From positions 46,934,001 through 46,998,000 of the forward strand of contig OZ024740.1 in the NCBI GenBank assembly GCA_964016885.1: a stretch of 64,000 bases of DNA, read 5' to 3'. The position numbers and the translations under genes are program-made. Source of the stretch: Eledone cirrhosa (Eukaryota). A model generated the notes under the pieces. It saw only the letters and a list, made by a program, of their open reading frames with translations. It was not told where the DNA came from and ran no database searches. Each line of letters starts with the position of its first letter. Within the stretch, counting starts at the first letter, position 1. This document shows, piece by piece, positions 1 to 14,349 of the stretch.

Positions 1-583
1 TAAATGATTTGGTTATATATAGTTTACTTCACGTGAATCAATTAAAAAGTACATATAAAACAGTTACCAAGAGTTGTTAATGTTGTTATTGCTTCTGATG
101 TGAAGCTTTTGTAGTCTGTTGCTGTTGTTGGTGTGAAAGCAGCGAGCGACAGATAATTGTTGTTGTTGGAATTTGGAGACCGTGGTAGTAGTTGTGAGAC
201 CGTGCTAGTAAGAGAGCGAGAGATATGGTATCTCTGAATGGTCTGTAGTAACTGTGAACTACCGAGGGTTGCAGACAGTGGTGAATCTTCCACATTTGTG
301 TTCTGTAGTAGTAGGGTTCCAATCGCTCTGGGTGTATCTGTAGACCTCATGAGGTCTGTTGAATAGTGGTGAATCTTTACATAGCTTGTTCTGTAGTGGG
401 GTGCTCCGATGTCTCTGTGCTTGATAGCTTGATACAGGCTCTATATATAGCTGTCACTTCCTGTCCCCCAACCTGAGGGGACAGCCCACGCATGAACTTG
501 TTAACACAATAAATTTGGTGACCTAGAATTTGATCTTTAGGTATCACCCAAAGTTCAAGGCGCGGATAGATTTCGCTACATAT

Positions 584-662
<79 letters not shown>

Positions 663-1883
663 AAATTTAGTATAGCATCAACGAAGCCATGGTTGCAGCC
701 AAGCTAACGAATGCAGTTTCGGTGTGCAGCTAAGCACTCGGATAGGGTATATAACCCTAGAGTTATAACATTACTTTTAGACAGCTTTGCAAAATGAATA
801 CAGTGACCGATAGAAGGGCCGCAGTGACCATAGCCACGAAAAAGACTGAACTCAGGAAAAATTTTACTAACCTGGACCGCACGTCGACATCATACATAAC
901 ACATAATACATATAATATATACCATATAACAATGTTACAGTATCGTAAAAGAGGATAGAAAGAAGAGGTATAAAGAGGTGCGATATAGAGTATTACATGC
1001 CAGAAGCGGGTGCGTAAGTGCTCGATGCTTGGGTTATCAGGGTTAAAAATATTAGAGAAAATTAATATTTAGTGTAGAGGTTTAAGCAGAGCGGTGATAG
1101 GAAAAATAATTAATGAAAGAGTTACAAGCCGTTAAATCATATCCTTATAAAGCTCTTACACATTTTTCGCCCAATGGGGCTCGTCTGAGGCAGATATTAA
1201 GATAAGGCAAAGTTGTACTTATATACACTATTTGGGTACAATAATAATTTTACATAACAGTGCATATTAAATATACGTGGTTAATTATGAAACACGGTGG
1301 GAAGAGATTAGTATGCTAAGGGAGGTAATTACCGGTGCTAGTATAACGTTTCTTCTCTAACTCATGACCTCTAGCAGCTATGTAAAAAGTTTTATTTTAT
1401 TATTTTAAAGGAATTAACATAAGTAGGGTTAGTCAACTCAGTGTAAATGAGGCCGTGTTAAGGTGTGAGTATGAATAATTAGTAAAGTCGTTAAAGACCA
1501 CACACAGGTTTAACTAGTGCAATGGGGCACGTTAGGTGCGAATCTGAAGGCCTAGAAAAATAAAGTCAATTTGAATAGAATTTGTATATTCATATGATCG
1601 ATTGTCTAAGAAGTTGCTTGGGTATAGGCAGCAGTTCTGTAAGATTACCCAAGGACCAGTCTGGCCAAGTGGAAGAATATGGTGAGGTAAGCCCGGCTGA
1701 ATGTACGCAGTGCGGCTTCCTGGTGGAAAAACAGATGATGGATGATGGTGTTATTCCACGTTGTTTAATGGTAAGTCTACCGTCGGTAAGTCAGGCCTGG
1801 GTGTGGTGTTGAGAGAATCAGGTGTTATGGCGGTTATACAGTTGTTGGGGTCCATCTGTAGAAAGAGTGTTGTAGTCGATGGC

Positions 1884-3810
1884 CGCAAAAAAGAAATAGA
1901 TATAGTGCTTGCAGCACGGAGAACCATTGTTCATTTCGAGGGCTCCTACTGAAAAATCTTTTTAAGAGGTCAAGTGACTCAGCGCAGGCCATTACCTGGT
2001 CTGAATTTACCTCCTGCACAGACTTAGAGACGAGATCCTTGTGTTACAAGGAGATGTATATAGGAATGATGCCCTATTTACCGTAAATAACCATTGCCCT
2101 CGTAGGATAGAACACCTTAATAAACTTATACACAAGTTCTTTAAATCATACGGCCTCTCTGTAACTATCGACCACAACCATACTATAGTTAATTTCTTAG
2201 ATGTTACGTTAGAATTAGGTACCGGCTTATACAGACCATACCACAAGCCTGGTGAGGTCCTTTCCTACAAAAGCTATGCTTCTAACCACCCTAAATCTAC
2301 GCTCAACTCTATTGTGTATAGCATCTCCCATAGAATCTCGAGGCTTTCTGCTAATGAAGACTTCATCAACCAAACTGCTGATTATTATAACAAGGCATTG
2401 GCTGATTCAGGTGACAACAGCAACATTTCATACCTCCACGACGCAGGCTCTATAAAGCCCCCACCTCATGTAGGACCAGTATTATAGCGAGCCATACCTA
2501 TGACCAACGCCACAGCGGCCCTACAAGCGTAAAAAGTATTAGAAGAGCTAATAATGCCCACATCTTAACCATAAAGCTAGCGGAACGGATATATTACCAT
2601 ACCCACACCATCATGGGCCGGCTAATAGTAGTAACTGTAGCCTACTGGAATTATTCTCCACTTACAAGCTTAATAAAGGTGATGGTTTATTACCTAAACC
2701 TTCTAATCCGCCTAGGGTAACCTTGAAACGCCGCACTGGGGGTGTCTGTGCACTTTGGCATAATGCCAACAGCGCACACATTATACAGCAGCCCTATAGC
2801 CTTGATAGGGACACCTACCAAGGCAATAACCACCGTAGTAACCCCAGATCTACGCGTAATCGCCACCTTAATGTCTTATGGTTCCACCCCACCTATTCTC
2901 GGAGTGTGGCCTCCAATTTACCCAGTATCTTTTTCGACGCCTTAGAGAGGAACTTTCCACCTAACCACAGATACAGAAAAATCCTCAATAAGAATAACGT
3001 AAGAATCTCCTATTCCACTACACCTAATCTAGCCGACCTCATAGCAATAAGTAACCACAGCAAGCTCACTAGAATACAACATGCTAGTAATGAGAATTTT
3101 AGGGAATATGACAACTCGGTTAACCTTAACAATTCTCTCGCCCCGCTCGATAACGATAGTAGTAACCAGAACAGGTATATTAGTATTAGCAGTAGATTAC
3201 ACAATAGCACCACATTAGAAACTAACTGCTGCACCAGTAGTGTGACGACAAGGTTAGAAACGATAACAGCTCTAACAACGGCTGTAGAAGACGCTAGAAC
3301 ACGAAAGGTGGGCGTGGCACCATTCCGCGTGTTTATAGCTATAGTAATGCCAACTATAACAATGGTAGCTATGGTGATGGTGATAATAATAGTAATACGA
3401 TTAACACCAACACTCACCACCTTAGAGGTGACAACAAAAAACATTGAAATTGTCGTAACCCTGTAAACTGTCCACTCCGAGGATACTGCCTGACTAGAAA
3501 TGTTATCTATAGATGCACGGTTACTAGTCATAATAGGGTTAAGTCTTACATAGGAGCTACTTCTGGGGCGTTCAAGACCAGATTTAGAGCACATCACTCT
3601 TTTAGGAATAGGAAGCTTAGATACTCTACCTCCCTCGCTTATTATATTACCCAATTAAATGACTTCAACATTAGCTACACCACTCATTAGGAAATTGTGA
3701 ACCAAGAAACACCATATAATATAAAAAAAGCTGCCAACTCTGCTTAATGGAACTGTATTATATAGTGCAAGCACCACAAGAGCTCATAAATAGTTGGGCT
3801 GAAACTGTCA
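1884..3810 (+). pseudogene. Disrupted PLE reverse transcriptase / GIY-YIG endonuclease ORF
   Basis: ORFs 2041-2487 and 2723-3466, plus an untracked frame from ~3451 reading CRNPVNCPLRGYCLTRNVIYRCTVTSHNRVKSYIGATSGAFKTRFRAHH. Contains stops and frameshifts; the catalytic YRDD appears as YRND. Confidence 0.8.
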
Positions 3811-4511
3811 TCAATTGTGGCTATCGACTACAACACTCTTTCTACAGATGGACCCCAACAACTGTATAACCGCCATAACACCTGATTCTCTCAACACCAC
3901 ACCCAGGCCTGACTTACCGGCGGTAGACTTACCATTAAACAACGTGGAATAACACCATCATCCATCCTCTGTTTTTCCACCAGGAAGCCGCACTGCGTAC
4001 ATTCAGCCGGGCTTACCTCACCATATTCTTCCACTTGGCCAGACTGGTCCTTGGGTAATCTTACAGAACTGCTGTCTATACCCAAGCAACTTCTTAGACA
4101 ATCGATCATATGAATATACAAATTCTATTCAAATTGACTTTATTTTTCTAGGCCTTCAGATTCGCACCTAACGTGCCCCATTGCACTAGTTAAACCTGTG
4201 TGTGGTCTTTAACGACTTTACTAATTATTCATACTCACACCTTAACACGGCCTCATTTACACTGAGTTGACTAACCCTACTTATGTTAATTCCTTTAAAA
4301 TAATAAAATAAAACTTTTTACATAGCTGCTAGAGGTCATGAGTTAGAGAAGAAACGTTATACTAGCACCGGTAATTACCTCCCTTAGCATACTAATCTCT
4401 TCCCACCGTGTTTCATAATTAACCACGTATATTTAATATGCACTGTTATGTAAAATTATTATTGTACCCAAATAGTGTATATAAGTACAACTTTGCCTTA
4501 TCTTAATATCT

Positions 4512-4551
4512 GCCTCAGACGAGCCCCATTGGGCGAAAAATGTGTAAGAGC
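4512..4551 (+). ncRNA. Degenerate hammerhead-like motif in the PLE pLTR (inverted copy at ~1151-1190)
   Basis: gcct CAGACGA gccc-catt-gggc GAAA aatgtg TA agagc. The core has CAGA in place of CUGA. Confidence 0.45.
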
Positions 4552-4601
4552 TTTATAAGGATATGATTCAACGGCTTGTAACTCTTTCATTAATTATTTT
4601 G

Positions 4602-4670
<69 letters not shown>

Positions 4671-4671
<1 letters not shown>

Positions 4672-4815
4672 GGAAAAGAGTCAGGACCCCGACGGCTGAG
4701 CTCCGGCCGTTTCGACAGCTAGATCTGAGTTCGGATCTAGCTGACTCTTTTCCTATTACCCACTCTGCTACCCTAAGTATCGAGTGCTCTGGTGCGCTAT
4801 GGTCCACCTGAGATG
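4671..4815. repeat. Small (TA)n-associated fold-back element (TAGCCGTCG family), copy 1
   Basis: Homologous to 15158-15207, 34890-35072 and 63470-63612. An inverted arm is followed by a sense arm. Confidence 0.7.
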
Positions 4816-4994
4816 GCACAGTTGGTGACAAGGTTTGTCCTTTCAATTACAGGAGCTACGTGGAATAAAGTGGCTTGCTCAAAGACAGAACACGCCACTG
4901 GAAATTGAACTTACGATTTTACTATCGTGAACTAAACACTCTAACCTATAAGCTACGTGACTTTACTTACACATACACATGCATATGTGCATAT

Positions 4995-5111
<117 letters not shown>

Positions 5112-5184
5112 ATATATATATATGAATACGTAATATTTCGCCGTATGAGGGTTCGACAGTCTTCTGAGTTTATTTTTTAATGGA

Positions 5185-7790
5185 TATGCCTTAAATGGCA
5201 CATCAGTCCAGTCGCTGATTTACACATCAAATCACATTTAGTGTAGATGACACGGTTTTGAGCGGGAGCAGGATGGGAGGTTTGATCAAGAATATTGACC
5301 AGCCGAGATATTTCAAAGTTCTTTATACCTTCATGGCAGACAGTTCTCCATTTTCCATGGTCAGCAGCTAGGGCTTCCAACGAAGTAAGAAGTATGTTCA
5401 CACATTGAAGATTGTACTTCAGTTTGTCTTTATATCCGAGTAACGGTCTGCCTACATTACGTGCACCATTATGAAGTTGACTATGTAACAGTACCTTGGG
5501 TGTGCGGTCCTCAGTCATCCGTAGGGCATGGCCAGCCCATCTAAGTTGGAATTGCATTAGAAATGGCTCAATGCCACCGATGTTGCACCTCATAAACAGA
5601 TCGGTATTGTCAGAAAGTGCATAACCACAGATAGAATGAAGACAATGTTTGTAGAAGACATCAAGCTTATAAATGTGCGAGCGATAAAGTGTCCATGCCT
5701 CCGAGCCGTATAAAAGTGCTGTCAGTATCACTGCACGATAAACTGCAACTTTCGTTTTCAGAGATATACCTCTGATACCCCATAGATGTAGTTTACTAAA
5801 GGTGTCAGTTGCTTTAGATATGCAATTGACAATCTCATCATTCTGAATGCCAAGGTGAGTAAAGGTGTTCACAGTTTAGATCCTTGCCACCAACAGTAAT
5901 GGGAAAATGGAGACGCTCCTGCCCCGGCTGTCACTGTTTAACATCTTCTAGTTGTCTGGGTGGGGTGAGGGTTATCACCTCAGTCTTCTTAATGCTGATT
6001 GTTATACCAAATGCCTTACAGGCAAGCGAGAAGTAGTTCATCAATTCTTGTGCCTCTTCAAGGTATGTTGCAACACGTGCAGCATCATCAGAAAACAGTA
6101 AATCACGAATAACACTTATTCGAGTAAGTATCTTAGCCTTAAAGAAATGATGGTTGAATAACTCACATGATGAACGGAGTTCAAATCTGACACCAGTCGA
6201 CGAATGCATACTGGAGTATTGCAGAGAAGAACAAATCAAAGAAGAACAGAAATCATGTCGCAACCCTACTTCGTATTGTTTGTGACACCAAAGTATTCAG
6301 TACATTCACCATTTGACATAATTCACGTTTTCATGCCCCCAAGAAAAGACATGATAACATTCAACATATTGTCAGGTATACCAAGTGTTTTGAGGATTTT
6401 TCAGAGAGCTTTTGCGATTGACAGTGTCAATATCTTTGGTCAAGTCGACAAAAATCATAAGCAGCTCCTGGTTCTTTTCACTAACACCCCCTGCAACCTG
6501 GCAAAGGGAGAATATCATGTTAATAGTACTACGACCTATGCGGAAACCACATTGGTTTTCAGGTCTGGATGTAATTCTGTTGAGAATGACACAGGCAAGT
6601 ACCTTAGCAGAAATAGAGAGAAGTGAGATGCTGCGAGAGTTGTCACCGATAGATTTATTTTAGCTTTGTTCTTGAAGAGATGGATTATAGATACATCTTT
6701 GAAGTCTTGAGGGACATATTCAACCTTCCAGATTTCCAGAAATAGCCGAAGAAGCTTACGAAGCAGTTTTTGACCACCATATTTGAACATTTTAGGTGGG
6801 ATACCATCTTTACTAGGAACTTTATTGGGTGACAGTTGCTTGATAGTGGCCTTTACTTCATTCAAGCTTGGGTTGAATGCTATTTCGGCTATCTCTGGCC
6901 TTTGCGGAATAAATGATATTACATCATTTACATTTGCAGCCTTTTCAAATTGTTCCTTCCACCGAGATAGTTTGTCTGTGAATAAGGTGGTACAATCAGG
7001 GGATAAAACTAGATTTGATCTGCTCTCCCTCGGACCATATACCGCCTTCAGAACTTTGTAGTTCAGCTGCTTTAGCTGCCCAACAGGCATCCTTCATCTT
7101 TCGCAGTGAGGACTGTGTCTACTGCGTAAATCTTTATAGGTTTTCTGTTTAGATTCTGGACATCTGAGTTGCTTTCATCAAACCAGTCCTGGTATTTTCT
7201 TATAGGAAATCCTAGGATTTCTACGGAGGTTGCATAGGTGGCATCTATGAGCGCTTTCCAGGAAGCCTCAATGTCCTCAGAAATCTGGACAGAATCGAGG
7301 GATGAGTCAAGTTCTGCAGTAAATTCCAGCCTCCAATCAGTGGATTTCAAAGAACCCACATGAACCTTGAATGAGATAGGTGGCTTTAAAAGACACCTTT
7401 TGTAAGGAGGATTGAATGAAACCTTACTGCGCAGCAGTGTGTGATCTGAGAGGTAGTAAGAAGAGTGAAAAGAGCGAGTAACTTTGAAGTCTTTTACGTC
7501 ACTCACGCTGGTGTGTGATGACATAGTTAATCATGTGCCAATCTTATTGTTTGCATATTGTTGAAAAATACTATAAATGATACTAAGATCAAATTCCTTG
7601 CAGAGTAAAAGCAGCCTAAACTCATTTGAGTTCATAGGCCCGACTCCACTAAAACCAAAGACGTCATGCTATGTTTGATAGTCATTTCCAACCCTAGCAT
7701 TGAAATCTCCCATTATGATGAGCTTGTTCTTGTATGGAACAGTGGAAACCAGTGAAGCTGATCATAGAATGTTTCGATATACTGCTCAAA
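5185..7790 (-). mobile_element. Decayed RTE-clade (BovB-like) LINE, APE + RT
   Basis: Frameshifted ORFs 7072-7524, 6536-7090, 5931-6263 (DLLFSDDAA) and 5177-5872 (TKVAVYRAVILTALLYGSEAWT; QLRWAGH), all typical of RTE ORFs. Confidence 0.85.
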
Positions 7791-7849
7791 TGAATAAAGT
7801 GTTGGGTTGTAACAACTCACTAGTGTAACAGGGGTGTTGTTTGCTAGAT

Positions 7850-7970
<121 letters not shown>

Positions 7971-8489
7971 TGATACAGTCACTGACATTTTTACATACAC
8001 ATATATTATATACGAAATATGTGTTAGACGGCTCAACTATTTAGAATTATAATAAATATAAACCAAATAATGTAAATAAAAGATAATGAATGTGTATTTC
8101 CTTCTTTGTTCTAGTTTCCATATTTCTCTGAGAGTAGTCTAATAAATACTATCATTACATAATTTTCTTGTCGCTATTTTTTATGACTTAACAGCATCAG
8201 AATTTAGATGCCAAAGTGTTGAGCAGATATCTGTAATCAAACACCAAAATATATATCTTGTAACTTGCATAGTTTTCTGAGTAAGCCCAGAAGAATGTGT
8301 TGCGTTTTGCTCCAAAATTAACAAATAAACAAACGAATAAATAATAGATTAACAATTTTTACTTTTAATTTTCTTTTTTTTCCCATAATAAAACTATTCT
8401 TTGCTAATAGTTAAAAAAATGATATATTTATTTATCGTAATAACATATTTTGAGCAACCAAACGTTCAACAATGGCTGACTCATGACAT

Positions 8490-8765
8490 ACATATTGTTG
8501 CGTTGGACCACCGTCGGTTTCGACGACGAGTGTTTGTGAATTTAACGTGCAAGTGGTTGAACATTCCACAGACAAGTCTATCTTTAACGTAGTTCTCAAG
8601 GAGATTCTGTAAGATAAAGCATGTGATTGGACCCGTCCTTTGAATTACAGGCACAGCTAATTTTTACCATGTGAGTGAACACAACGCACTACCGGAAATA
8701 GAACCCATGAGCACTTACATTCATGAATTAAGCAAACCAACAACTAAGTGACGTGCCTTCACAGA
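8490..8765. repeat. Interspersed SINE-like repeat (second family)
   Basis: gtgaatttaacgtgcaagtggttgaacattccacagac..ctttgaattacagg matches 54785-54902 and in part 4825-4960. Confidence 0.55.
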
Positions 8766-9479
8766 ATCATGGCATAAAACTTAGAAAAATTAAGTTATTT
8801 TCTTTTTATAGTTTATTTATTTTTATTATATAGTGGGCATTTTTATTACTGTTGCGAAATTGTTAAGTTATTAGATCCAGAGTTGAATGACCGACAACAT
8901 GTTCAAATGACGTAACGGTGACTGGTTATATACACTAATTCGTTTTCCGGCATCTTATCGTAGTTTCACCCGTGAAGTAAGAAACACGCTTCTGTTCAGT
9001 AAATTTCATAAATATGTTTTAATGCTTCCTAAGCAATGACAATCAGGAGTGATAATTCCAATTTTCTAAAAGAGAGACAAGAAAGATTTTTTCAATTATT
9101 GCTGGTAGTCACTGTGCATTTATAGATTTCATTTTTAATCAGGTAGTGGCTCTGGAGTGGACAGTGGTTAGGGCTTACTATAACCCGATTCGGCCAGTGC
9201 TTTGCTATAGTAATCAGCGGTTTGGTCGAAAAGGTCCACGGCAACAACGACCGCACCGGCCCAAAACAACACGGAAACGCTGCCGTAATATCCTATGGTT
9301 CATTGCCTCTTACTGAAGGAGTGTCGCTTCAAACATGTGAACATGGCTATAAAATTGAGGCTTGTTTGCATAATTGCAAACGAATCGAATATTATTATTA
9401 ATATTCGAAAAACTCAGATTACTTTTATTGTATTCAGCCATGTAGAGCGAAAATTTTCTTATATATATATACACACACA

Positions 9480-10583
<1,104 letters not shown>

Positions 10584-10736
10584 ATAAATGCTCTGAAATA
10601 GCGATATATATGTGAAGATAGACATAGAATATTCGAAAATATTCTGTATGTTTATAATAAACATTTTGAAGACCTAATCGCTATAGAATAGAATACGTCA
10701 CGTATTACAATTAGATTCTCGACAAAAGCAAGGGAA

Positions 10737-10779
10737 GTAACCTACGCGGTTCATTCTTATTAGAAATCTTCAGGATTAC
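10737..10779 (-). ncRNA. Type I hammerhead, array copy with a GAAA>GAAC core variant
   Basis: Reverse complement reads gtaatc CTGAAGA tttctaataagaat GAAC cgcg TA ggttac. Confidence 0.6.
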
Positions 10780-11046
10780 ATATCCAGTGCTTTTATCGAG
10801 AATGACACAGCTAGAGACTTATAGAATACTTAGCTGTGTACAGGAACTGGTTTGAAAGAGCGGTTGCCGGTCCGGCAGAAATTAGAAATTGGAATAAATG
10901 CTCTGAAATAGCGATATATATGTGAAGATAGACATAGAATATTCGAAAATATTCTGTATGTTTATAATAAACATTTTGAAGACCTAATCGCTATAGAATA
11001 GAATACGTCACGTATTACAATTAGATTCTCGACAAAAGCAAGGGAA

Positions 11047-11089
11047 GTAACCTACGCGTTTCATTCTTATTAGAAATCTTCAGGATTAC
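11047..11089 (-). ncRNA. Type I minimal hammerhead ribozyme
   Basis: gtaatc CTGAAGA t-ttct-aata-agaa-t GAAA cgcg TA ggttac; 6-bp stem I and palindromic stem III ACGCGT. Confidence 0.8.
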
Positions 11090-11356
11090 ATATCCAGTGC
11101 TTTTATCGAGAATGACACAGCTAGAGACTTATAGAATACTTAGCTGTGTACAGGAACTGGTTTGAAAGAGCGGTTGCCGGTCCGGCAGAAATTAGAAATT
11201 GGAATAAATGCTCTGAAATAGCGATATATATGTGAAGATAGACATAGAATATTCGAAAATATTCTGTATGTTTATAATAAACATTTTGAAGACCTAATCG
11301 CTATAGAATAGAATACGTCACGTATTACAATTAGATTCTCGACAAAAGCAAGGGAA

Positions 11357-11399
11357 GTAACCTACGCGTTTCATTCTTATTAGAAATCTTCAGGATTAC
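11357..11399 (-). ncRNA. Type I minimal hammerhead ribozyme
   Basis: Same motif as 11047-11089. Confidence 0.8.
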
Positions 11400-11720
11400 A
11401 TATCCAGTGCTTTTATCGAGAATGACACAGCTAGAGACTTATAGAATACTTAGCTGTGTACATTTTGTCGAGAATCTAATTGTAATACGTGACGTATTCT
11501 ATTCTATAGCGATTAGGTCTTCAAAATGTTTATTATAAACATACAGAATATTTTCGAATATTCTATGTCTATCTTCACATATATATCGCTATTTCAGAGC
11601 ATTTATTCCCATTTCTAATTTCTGCCGGACCGGCAACCGCTCTTTCAAACCAGTTCCTGTACACAGCTAAGTATTCTATAAGTCTCTAGCTGTGTCATTC
11701 TCGATAAAAGCACTGGATAT

Positions 11721-11763
11721 GTAATCCTGAAGATTTCTAATAAGAATGAAACGCGTAGGTTAC
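11721..11763 (+). ncRNA. Type I minimal hammerhead ribozyme
   Basis: gtaatc CTGAAGA tttctaataagaat GAAA cgcg TA ggttac; predicted cleavage after 11757. Confidence 0.8.
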
Positions 11764-12030
11764 TTCCCTTGCTTTTGTCGAGAATCTAATTTTAATACGT
11801 GACGTATTCTATTCTATAGCGATTAGGTCTTCAAAATGTTTATTATAAACATACAGAATATTTTCGAATATTCTATGTCTATCTTCACATATATATCGCT
11901 ATTTCAGAGCATTTATTCCAATTTCTAATTTCTGCCGGACCGGCAACCGCTCTTTCAAACCAGTTCCTGTACACAGCTAAGTATTCTATAAGTCTCTAGC
12001 TGTGTCATTCTCGATAAAAGCACTGGATAT

Positions 12031-12073
12031 GTAATCCTGAAGATTTCTAATAAGAATGAAACGCGTAGGTTAC
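12031..12073 (+). ncRNA. Type I minimal hammerhead ribozyme
   Basis: Same motif, 310 bp downstream. Confidence 0.8.
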
Positions 12074-12340
12074 TTCCCTTGCTTTTGTCGAGAATCTAAT
12101 TGTAATACGTGACGTATTCTATTCTATAGCGATTAGGTCTTCAAAATGTTTATTATAAACATACAGAATATTTTCGAATATTCTATGTCTATCTTTACAT
12201 ATATATCGCTATTTCAGAGCATTTATTCCAATTTCTGATTTCTGCCGGACCGGCAACCGCTCTTTCAAACCAGTTCCTGTACACAGCTAAGTATTCTATA
12301 AGTCTCTAGCTGTGTCATTCTCGATAAAAGCACTGGATAT

Positions 12341-12383
12341 GTAATCCTGAAGATTTCTAATAAGAATGAAACGCGTAGGTTAC
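12341..12383 (+). ncRNA. Type I minimal hammerhead ribozyme
   Basis: Same motif, 310 bp downstream. Confidence 0.8.
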
Positions 12384-12650
12384 TTCCCTTGCTTTTGTCG
12401 AGAATCTAATTGTAATACGTGACGTATTCTATTCTATAGCGATTAGGTCTTCAAAATGTTTATTATAAACATACAGAATATTTTCGAATATTCTATGTCT
12501 ATCTTCACATATATATCGCTATTTCAGAGCATTTATTCCAATTTCTAATTTCTGCCGGACCGGCAACCGCTCTTTCAAACCAGTTCCTGTACACAGCTAA
12601 GTATTCTATAAGTCTCTAGCTGTGTCATTCTCGATAAAAGCACTGGATAT

Positions 12651-12693
12651 GTAATCCTGAAGATTTCTAATAAGAATGAAACGCGTAGGTTAC
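12651..12693 (+). ncRNA. Type I minimal hammerhead ribozyme
   Basis: Same motif, 310 bp downstream. Confidence 0.8.
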
Positions 12694-12813
12694 TTCCCTT
12701 GCTTTTGTCGAGAATCTAATTGTAATACGTGACGTATTCTATTCTATAGCGATTAGGTCTTCAAAATGTTTATTATAAACATACAGAATATTTTCGAATA
12801 TTCTATGTCTATC

Positions 12814-12864
<51 letters not shown>

Positions 12865-14116
12865 TTATGGCTGTCACTGCTTGTACACGTACTTGTAGAT
12901 GAATACGTAAATATGTATTAAAATATACATACACACACATACACATATACATGTTGGATAGATTGTTTTGTGGACAGTGTATGCATTAGAAGTCTCGCTG
13001 TGAAAATAATGAAGTATAAGCACATTTTCTACTGTTCCCTAAAAAAGTTTACTATCGAAGATAATTACCTATATAAATCTGCCTACCGAGTGATTTTAAT
13101 TTCGCTCGCTATCTATGTCATATGAGATGAACAAGATACAATAGTCAATCTAATTTTCATAATGTGCATACGTTTGGTAACGTAATTGAATTAAACAATA
13201 AATATTTATACTGAGCACAGCATGTATTAGAAAATTTAAGATAAATTTTATGTCGATATAACTTGTGTTTTTGAAATAGATGGCTCGTTGTGAAGTGTAA
13301 ACATACTTTCTAATATTCCCTCTCTACATAGAAAAACAAAAGAAACTATCTTTATTCATTTCAATTATTATTTTCTTCCCACCAGAAATTAACCACTTCT
13401 ATGATTCTGTCTCCAGAAAGAGCCTTATAGCGGTAGTTAATAAAATATTAGACTAACAATTTTAGTTGTATTCAACGTCCTGTTTGTCATAAATGTATGT
13501 ATGGACCCATAACTCCTTGTGAAGTTGTAGGGGCATCGTAGCGATATACGGTGGACCTACCTCATTTCAAACATGGTGGAGCCTATCCCTCTCCAGGTCT
13601 GAACACAGCCGATTTCTTCCAGAGAGAGAGAGCAAGAATGAGGAAAATGAGAGAGAAAGAGAGATAGAGTGAGAAAGTGATATAGAGGAATTGACTCAAG
13701 TATTGGACTGATAGTTTTTTTTATCGACCTCGAAAGGCTGAATCACAAACTTAACCTCTAACGACCCTGTCAATACACCGCTTATGATCAACATAAATAT
13801 TGACCGCTATGAAACTCCCTCTAAACAGAATCATGTGTGTTCATCTTCTGATAAACAACAATATTCTCCGAAATACGTAAAAGTAATCTCTTATATTTCT
13901 CTGTGTACGGAACGAACAGGAGGAAAGTGTGTTTATACTTCCTTCTAACCACAGTTAGCCTTCTAATTAAAGAACTTGGGTTACATTTACATTAAATTTC
14001 TCTTTAATCTTCTAATATCCCTGTTCTGCATAAATATTTTTTATTTAATTAATGACGTTATATCGACATCAAATTTGTCTCAAATTTCATAACAAATATT
14101 TATGTGTATGAACACG

Positions 14117-14349
<233 letters not shown>

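Larger units (their letters stand above)
661..4605 (+). mobile_element. Penelope-like element insertion (5'-truncated RT, GIY-YIG, 3' pseudo-LTR) with an inverted pLTR arm, inside (TA)n
   Basis: 1097-1883 is the near-perfect reverse complement of 3819-4605. The + arm 1884-4605 has PLE RT motifs (YRND; VNFLDVTLELGTGLYRPYHKP; SNHP; LWFHPTYS..KILNKNNVRISYSTTPNL) and a Cys-rich/GIY-YIG segment. (TA)n tracts at 601-660 and 4605-4670 bound it. Confidence 0.85.
10579..12816. mobile_element. Retrozyme-like 310-bp tandem array with an internal inversion (about 2.9 units on -, about 4.4 units on +)
   Basis: Units start at 10581, 10891 and 11201 (period 310). Orientation flips at 11462/11463. Units are nearly identical, each full period has one HHR, and (TA)n flanks both sides. 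Confidence 0.85.

Noticed and set aside
1-580. Short - strand ORFs at the window start
   Set aside because: Low-complexity with no motifs. Possibly part of another element cut by the window edge, but this cannot be supported.
1582-4121. Duplicated 76-aa ORF (1582-1812 + and 3891-4121 -)
   Set aside because: A by-product of the inverted pLTR; antisense to the element with no recognisable domain.
9309-9345. HHR-like ctgaagg..cttc aaacatgtg
   Set aside because: Several core positions are missing and there is no convincing stem I.
10579-12816. CRISPR array or plain satellite
   Set aside because: The units are contiguous and near-identical, with no unique spacers and no cas genes. An HHR in every period explains the array better.
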